A stretch of DNA of 59,545 nt, the filler included, from Dugesia japonica (Eukaryota): assembly GCA_001938525.1 (NCBI GenBank). It is 5 parts of 5 records of this genome, joined end to end, with 100 filler letters (N's around TTAATTAATTAA, not from the genome) between each part and the next. Parts side by side here need not be neighbours in the genome. Positions count along the whole stretch, not along the records: positions 48,352 to 59,545 come from MQRL01615291.1; 4 more parts are not named here. The stretch is one strand, 5' to 3'. Under the pieces are notes generated by a model. The model made no database searches, was not told the origin of the DNA, and saw nothing but the letters and a program-made list of their open reading frames with translations. Each line of letters begins with the position of its first letter. Position 1 is the stretch's first letter. This document shows positions 51,799 through 59,545 of the stretch, piece after piece. Position numbers and translations under genes: made by a program.

Positions 51799-53261
51799 TA
51801 ACAAGTTTATTATCTACATTTCATGCTTTTACAACACAATTATTTATTTATTAAATGATAATTTGTTTTAATACAATCTCCAAATATTAAATAAAATATT
51901 ATTTGGTATTATTGATTATTTGGTACACAAATTATTTGAGAAATTAAATAATTTATTAATTATTGAAAATTTGATCTCACAATCAAATAAATATAATAAT
52001 AATAATCACTATTTAAAATAAAATTAATTTGTTTTTTCCAAGAAACATTTGATTTGAAAATAAAAATGTGCTTCTTAATAATATTTTGAAAAATATTCAA
52101 ACCAAATATCTACATTTTATGTAAAAAATTAAAAATAAAATTAAATAATTTGAGGCTATTTTATTATTTGCTGATAACATATTCTACTGACTATTATCAG
52201 TAAATAATATTAAAATAATTTTATTCTTAATTACTTAATTTGTTTTATTATATAATTAAATGTGAATTTATATTTTAAATATAAACATTGCTTTTAATTT
52301 ATTTCGTCTTTTAAATAATTTAATTTACCTTTTAATTTATATTAATTTATAAAAAAATAATAAATGGGAGTAAGAAATAAATGAAAAAAGTAAATTAAAT
52401 AATAAATAAATAAAATTGAAAATAAAAGCATAATTAATTATTATAATTCAATTTAAAACTTAAAATTTAAATTAAATNNNNAAATTAAATTAAAATTTTA
52501 ATTAATTATTTAAATATCGATTATGCACAAGATATTGAATATTCTGATTTATTCTATAAATTAATTGATCTCTCTCTGATTGGTAGAGAACTGCATACAT
52601 TTTCATTTTGATTTATGTTTAATTTTTATAAATAAATTTACAGATAAAATGAAACGTAAATCTTCGATATTTTCAATTTCTNNNNNNNNNNNNNNNNNNN
52701 NNNNNNNNNNNNNNNNNNNNNNNNNNNNNNNNNNNNNNNNNNNNNNNNNNNNNNNNNNNAATTCAAACAAATTACTGAACAATTCACTCAGTGTGATACA
52801 ACCATCATGTTGTTTCCGATAAAAATACTGAGTTGCTGTATTTTGATATTAATAACTTATATGAGTTGACCTTAAGTAAAACGTGGCCCAACTAAGATTT
52901 TGAGTAGGTTCATTCGGATTTGGATAAAATATTAGAAGNNNNNNNNNNNNNNNNNNNNNNNNNNNNNNNNNNNNNNNNNNNNNNNNNNTTTAATTAATTA
53001 TTTAAATATCGATTATGCACAAGATATTGAATATTCTGATTTATTCTATAAATTAATTGATCTCTCTCTGATTGGTAGAGAACTGCATACATTTTCATTT
53101 TGATTTATGTTTAATTTTTATAAATAAATTTACAGATAAAATGAAACGTAAATCTTCGATATTTTCAATTTCTTTAGAATATTTCATATCTTTCTCAATT
53201 ATTTTAAATATTATTTCAAAGTAAATATGATCAATATTTATTAAACAATTCAAACAAATTA

Positions 53262-53640
53262 CTGAACAATTCACTCAGTGTGATACAACCATCATGTTGT
53301 TTCCGATAAAAATACTGAGTTGCTGTATTTTGATATTAATAACTTATATGAGTTGACCTTAAGTAAAACGTGGCCCAACTAAGATTTTGAGTAGGTTCAT
53401 TCGGATTTGGATAAAATATTAGAAGATTATTAGAGAATGACCTTGGATTCACTGTATGTGTGTATTAGAAGTGGATATTGTAATACCAAACGAACTTCAT
53501 TATTATTTAAACGATCTTCCGATAACAACTGAACATGAGAACTCTCGATGTAGTAAAGTGGATAATTTACTTTCAACATACCCATTTGAAAATATTTTAG
53601 TCCAATGGAGGCTGATGTAAATGAATATAAAGACTTGAAT
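53262..53640 (+). pseudogene. Polinton protein-primed DNA polymerase B fragment
   Basis: LLYFDINNLYELTLSKTWP..DFE matches motif A (YLDANNLYGWAMS..LP), and VLEVDIVIPNELHYYLNDLPITTE matches ILEVDLEYPKELHD.HNDYPLAPE. Confidence 0.88.
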
Positions 53641-53799
53641 TTTTTATAATTATTTATTTAAACAAAATCTATTTATTAATAATGAATTATTTAATAAAAA
53701 AATATTATTTTATATTAACAAATTTAAAACTTTAGATCATTTTATAAATGATATTTAACTACTCTCTCTCTCTCTCTTTCTAATTTTCATTTCCAATTT

Positions 53800-55600
53800 T
53801 CTTCAGTCATTCAAGTCTTATATGTTTAAATTGTCCTTCATAATCCATGAGCATCTGACGTGGACTCATACATTTACTACGAGCTGTTCCTTTTCGGGAT
53901 TTTAAATCGAAATCAAATTCTGGTACAGTTGTTATCCATGTTTGAAACTGAGAACTAATATGCTTATTATTCTTCATTATGAAAGTTCTTGCTCTAAATT
54001 GCTTGTCAAACAAAAAATGTTTGAAATACATCATAAACTCATGTAGAGCTGACAATTCTTTTTTTGTTATTGTTTAAAGTTCAAGAACCATATGATATGA
54101 CCGGTTCTAATCCATTATCCGTTATTTGACTCTAAAGCCCTCCAATTGCTCCAAAACTAGCATCAGTGTTCGATATCATTTTGTCCTTATTATTTAGGAA
54201 AGTCAAAATGGGATCACATCACAATTTTATCTTCAAAGATTGAAAACTATCCTCACATTCTTTAATTCATTCAATGTTCTTTTCTTGTCCTCTCATCGCT
54301 GCATAAAATGGTGCTGCAATTAAAGCCTATTTTTTTATGAAACGCCAATAATAATCTGTTATATTTGCGTGGAGAATTTTGGCGTTACGGCTTCTCGACT
54401 TTTTTTATAGTTTCAATATTTGTCTCTACACCTTTAGCACTAATTGTATGCCTAAACATTTCAGCTTATTGAAATTGAATACACATCTACTTATATTTAT
54501 TTTCAAACCCGAATCTTTAAATAGCTGAAAAACTTTACCAACTTGTTTTTCGTGCTCCTTACTAGTTTTACATTATTTACAACATTTCTTCAAATATTTT
54601 ATGCATCAAGATATGAAATGTTGCCAATGCAGTACATAATTCGAAAGGTATTCGATTAAAACAAAGTTGACCCATCTTTGTACTAAAATCCGTTTTTAGT
54701 TTTGATTCTTCGCTTATTTTAATTTGATAATATATTTGCCCTTAATCTAACGAAGAAAATAAAACTGATTCTTCAAGCGTATATAATAATAGTTGAATAT
54801 CTGCAACTGAAAACGAATAATTTTCTTTAATTGAATTCCATTTTCTACAATCAATACACATTATTATTGTCACATCTTTATTTGGTACAATTTCCAATGG
54901 GGAATTCTACAGACTTCTGTAACTTCTTATAATATTTAATTTTCTAAGATATTCTAACAATTCATCTATTTTATTTTCCAAGTGCATTGGTGGTCTTCTC
55001 GAGTTTGTTGGTCTGGTCGTTTCAATGTGATGTTGCATCAGTTTCCTATTTCCAAGATCAAAATTTGATGCCTTAAATATATCTCTGTGAGTTTATATAA
55101 TTTTTCTTACTTCTTGACTGATATTATTTGAAGTATTAAAGTCATTTTTCACTCTTTCTGAATTATCGGTAAATAGATTTCTATTATTTGAGGTTATAAA
55201 ATCAACTTCAGTGATTTTCATTTCAAATAGCTTCTCCATATTAATACCTTCGAGATATGTGGGGGAAATATATATGACATTTACTACTTTCTTATCTCTT
55301 AGCTTCAATTATATTATAATTTCAGTTTAGTTTTACCGATATATTTTATTTTAAAAAAACTCCAACTAGAACAATGTGAGACGACTATAAATCAGGTGAT
55401 ACGATTCTTCTCTAAGCATCCGCACTCATGACTGATATTGCTGCTCTTGAATATCACAACATATCAATGTCATATCCATTAGAATGCATTAAATTACATT
55501 CTCTTCCATAAGCACATATAAACTCAGTGAACCAAATTTGTAAGCTGGGATACATTGAATAAGTGGATACTGAAAATATACTAAAATGGTTATATTATTA
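53800..55600 (-). mobile_element. Ty3/Gypsy pol remnant (RT plus RNase H)
   Basis: DLGNRKLMQHHIET..NSPLEIVPNKD..MCIDCRKWN..FSSLD..YYQI..KTDFST..FNRIPFEL, then TDASFGAIG and ELSALHEFMMYFKHFL. Confidence 0.93.
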
Positions 55601-56759
55601 TAAATAAGAAGTATATCATACCAGCTTTCACTTACAATCACTCAGTCTCAATGTCTCCTTTTATCACTTTATATCACTCTTTAAAGATTAAAGAAGTATG
55701 ATCTCTAAAGAAACATATAAAAAATAGAGGAAAATATGAGGAAACATTAAAAATATGGAATAATATGAAAAATAATGTAATTTAATGTAAAATTTTTTAC
55801 ATATTTTCTATATCATATCATATTATCATATTTTCTATGATAAGTCCATTGTTTTCCATGTTGAAACTTATATATAAATATATATATTCTAACTTGACAA
55901 ATAATAAATATTCAATTGATAATATAAAAATTATTTAATAATCTAATAAAATATATAAATAAAATTATTGTTGATGAAATATATTTGACATAATTTATCT
56001 CATTTAATATAAAAGCTTTGATTAAAATTTGGGTTTTTTTTTGATTTCGAATTGTTATCCAATATCAATAAAAAAATCCAAAATTTTGATCAATTTATGT
56101 CCAACAATTATTCTCGCAATAATTGCAATTGTAAAAAATAATTAATCTCATTAAATAATTTAAAAGAACATTTTTCGACATTCAAAACAATGGAACTCAT
56201 CGATATTATAAAAAATCAATAAATATTTGGACAGTTTAACTTAATTTAATAATTGGATTAATTGGTTAATTAAATTTAATCTTCTAATAAATATAATAAA
56301 TAAAAACAGATGAAATGGTTCAGCATTTCATAAAATATGACGAATTGTTTGTCTGGAAAATGTTTACTAATTCTTTTTCTAAATTTTAATTTGCCATTGT
56401 TATTTACTTGGGATAATCATGGAATATTGCACGAGTTGTCTATAACAATGAGTTTGTCAGATGCTTGTAGACAGAATTGTCTAGTAGAAAATTAGTCATA
56501 TCCAGATTAGAGCAATATAAAAATTATTAATACTAAACAAAACATTAATATTTTCTAATTCTTATATCACAATATGTGAATTGTTTCAATTGTTTAAATC
56601 AACAACAACTAATTAAAGTTTATTTAGTAAAAACGAAAAATAATTGATTAAAAATAATTAGTTAATTGATAAAAAATATTGATAGAAATTATTTTTTTCT
56701 TTTATTTATAATTATTCAGATATTTTGAAGATAAATTAAATATAAGCTGGTCAAAACTT

Positions 56760-57965
56760 TTTGTCTCAGCATCATTGTTTTAAGAAATATCGCGAAATTG
56801 TAGCCTTGGTTTACGACCGAATATTATTTCATACGGTGAATGTTTGTTGTTTTATGAGTAGTGGTTCTCAAACCATACTAAACTTTGCTCCAATCCTTTA
56901 TATTCCGCTCTTCCAATACTGCGCTTATCATGTATTTAGCTGATCTGAATGACCTCACTATCAAACCGTCAGATTGCTGATAGCAAGGTGAAGTAAATGA
57001 TATTTTTTGTTCTTATGAGCGAGACTCGAATGAAATTGATTTATTATCTCTTCTCTTTTAGACGATTGAATAATCATGCGATGTCTATCTCCTTTAAACT
57101 AATAAAGAGTATATCCTTTATGTTGTAATTCTGATCTTAATTTCCATAATTTTAAACATTCAACATTATTGATTATTTCAGTGCGGTGTTCTTCCGCACT
57201 TCTGCCTTCCTTTATTAATTTAGTAATTAAATTGAACTCATCTTTTTTATATTCTTTTGAATTACCATAAATAACAATTTTTCAGAATAATCGGATAATG
57301 TCAATTCTGAGGTTTGTTTTTTTATATTTTTCAAATCGTCATTGTAAACGTTGATGTTGCATTTCCTTTTTAGATCAGAGTGTTTTAGTGCACATTGTTT
57401 ATAAGGGGCAATCGTGACAATGCATCCGCAGTGATGTGATCTTTCTAAAAGCCACTTGCTTGTCATATACTTCCAATTCTGTCGGCAAAACGCAATATTG
57501 AGATGCATTTGGATTATGCCAATTCAACAAACATTTTAAAGCTTCGTGATCTGTACGAACAGTAAATTTGAGTTCCATCAAATAGTGCTTAAACTTAACA
57601 CAAACGTGTAAACTGAGAATAGCTCTTTCCTGGTGATACAATATTGACATTGGAACTTGGTTAAAGATTTACTAGCATAAGCAATTACTGTTTCTTTATT
57701 GTTTTATATCTGGGATAAAACGGCTCCTATAGAGTTGTGGGAAGCATCTGCATCTAAGATATCCTCATCATTTTTCCGAGGTAGACATAACGTATGCGTT
57801 GAAATCAATTGGTGTTTTAATTTATAAATGGATCCTTTCCTTTCCTCTGACCATTCAAATTTCCTTTTTTGCAACATCGAAGATAGTCAGCAGACAATTC
57901 CACGTAATTTCTGATAAATTTCCTGTAATAATTTTAGAATCCCATGACTGTCTGTAGCTTCTTTT
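56760..57965 (-). mobile_element. Ty3/Gypsy RNase H to integrase remnant
   Basis: NYYRKFIRNY, ILDADASHNSIGAVLSQ, VIAYASKSLT..YCITRKEL and FKHYLMELKFTVRTDHEALK. Confidence 0.92.
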
Positions 57966-59219
57966 TACAAGACGGTAGTTTCATAAACCTTTCAGAAAAG
58001 CTTGAATCATTAATTTCTCTTTATTTTCATTTGATATTCATAGCTTCGATTCTGATTATTTTTCGCATAATTTATTAGACTTTCTCCTCGTTCTTGACGA
58101 ATATTGAAAATGCATAAGCTTGACTAACTGTAGATTTTTTAAATTCCAAGAGTTTAATGAATTCCGCCTTCAAATAGTAATTTGATATTTATTTTAAATT
58201 TGAAAGTTTATAATTTCAAAATATATTTTTAATAAATATAATAATTTTAAATAAGTTTATTATTATTTTAAAACATAAATTGCATAAGGTAATTTTTGAA
58301 GTTACGTTTAGAAAGGCAAGAAGAATTTCAAAGAAGAATTATTTGTGTTTTAATAAAGTATTGAATCGAAAGTCTTATTTGAATTGACTTAAATGAATCA
58401 AACAAACAAATAATGTCTAAAAGTTTCCAAAGTCATTCCAGCATTTTATTGTTTTGTATCTAAATCATTTAATGTTTTTTTTCAATAAATAAAATTTTTT
58501 TAAATAATAATAATTAATTGTGTCGGATATTAAATTTTTATTGAATCTCTCATATATTTAAATGTTATTGCATCTCGATCATTAGATGGTTCATCAAAAA
58601 TTTTAAAAGATGTAATTGAATCACCATATTCATTGCCCAAATTATTTATTGTTATTTATGTTGCCATTTCATTTGAATGATTCAACGCTTTCATCATTTN
58701 NNNNNNNNNNNNNNNNNNNNNNNNNNNNNNNNNNNNNNNNNNNNNNNNNNNNNNNNNNNNNNNNNNNNNNNNNNNTTGTTCCAAAAGATGGCATTTGTTT
58801 CTTATTATAATCAAAAATGGAAAATTTCTCGATTTAAAATTAATTTCAAGATATTTTAATGAGATTTTTTTTAAACTACTTTAAATGTTCATTTATTTAT
58901 CTATATTCTTTCTCATAATTATCGGGTTTTGATTTGACTAGAGAACAAAAACAGTCAATCTCTTAGAATATACTTTAATTTCTACTTAATCAAACAAAAC
59001 TATCAAAATATTTAATAAATAAATTAGACTAAATAATAAACCAATTGAAATTCAAACACGCTAATTAAATATAATACTTAGATTTGATTGGTTACTGATT
59101 TCAATATTTTTATTTGCGATTTTTAGCGAATTTTACTAATATTTTACAGATGGTTANNNNNNNNNNNNNNNNNNNNNNNNNNNCTAAAAGTATATTTCAT
59201 TATATTACTCCAATTTTAG

Positions 59220-59545
59220 TTATAGGAGATAAAAGTCTTAAAGAAACAGAAGGAAAACGCGTTTTTCAATTAATACTGAAAATTCGAGCTGGTCTATGCA
59301 AGGATAGTCTAGATCATGACGATCTTCGGTCACTACTTGGCCAAATGATAAAACTATATAAAGTTTTCGATTTTGATTTATCTCAAATTAAAGAAATCCA
59401 AAGCTTATTCAGTCCAGAATCTATGAAAATAATTGTAAATAATGAGCAAAATGCTGACATTAATATATGTAAAAGTGAAATTGAAAATAAAATATTTTAT
59501 ACGTATTTCAATAATTTAATAAATTTAATGCATGAACCTCAGAGT
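59220..59545 (+). CDS. Probable host exon of an unknown gene, open to the window end
   Basis: Acceptor caattttag followed by a stop-free frame of about 108 codons (IGDKSLKETEGKRVFQLILKIRAGLCKDSLDHDDLRSLLGQMIKLY...), unusual in such AT-rich DNA. Confidence 0.6.

Noticed and set aside
52500-53428. Near-identical tandem duplication 52500-52938 vs 52989-53428, including part of pPolB
   Set aside because: The copies flank a gap and look identical, which is typical of unmerged contig overlap.

Overview
Very AT-rich eukaryotic draft-assembly DNA with many N gaps. It is probably an invertebrate, and a planarian-like flatworm is a guess from composition, (AAT)n tracts and ~50-nt introns. Four 100-bp gaps carry an artificial TTAATTAATTAA linker, so the window is five joined segments (about 1-9334, 9435-21847, 21948-35697, 35797-48251, 48352-59545), and adjacency across those joins is unproven. 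Most of the window is decayed mobile DNA: a Polinton/Maverick virion module (packaging ATPase, major capsid, adenain protease, and elsewhere a pPolB fragment), several Ty3/Gypsy remnants, Penelope fragments (one with a relic hammerhead ribozyme), mariner, MULE, hAT and Harbinger MITEs, a probable KDZ transposase remnant and an 11-bp minisatellite. Host-type sequence comprises the last two exons of an SLC6 transporter, a disrupted KIF-binding-protein (KIFBP) copy, an 18S rRNA fragment and a few orphan exons. The most interesting candidate is a degenerate two-repeat TBP (TATA-binding protein)-like ORF lying head-to-head with the Polinton ATPase. All protein calls come from manual translation and motif recall; no database search was run.
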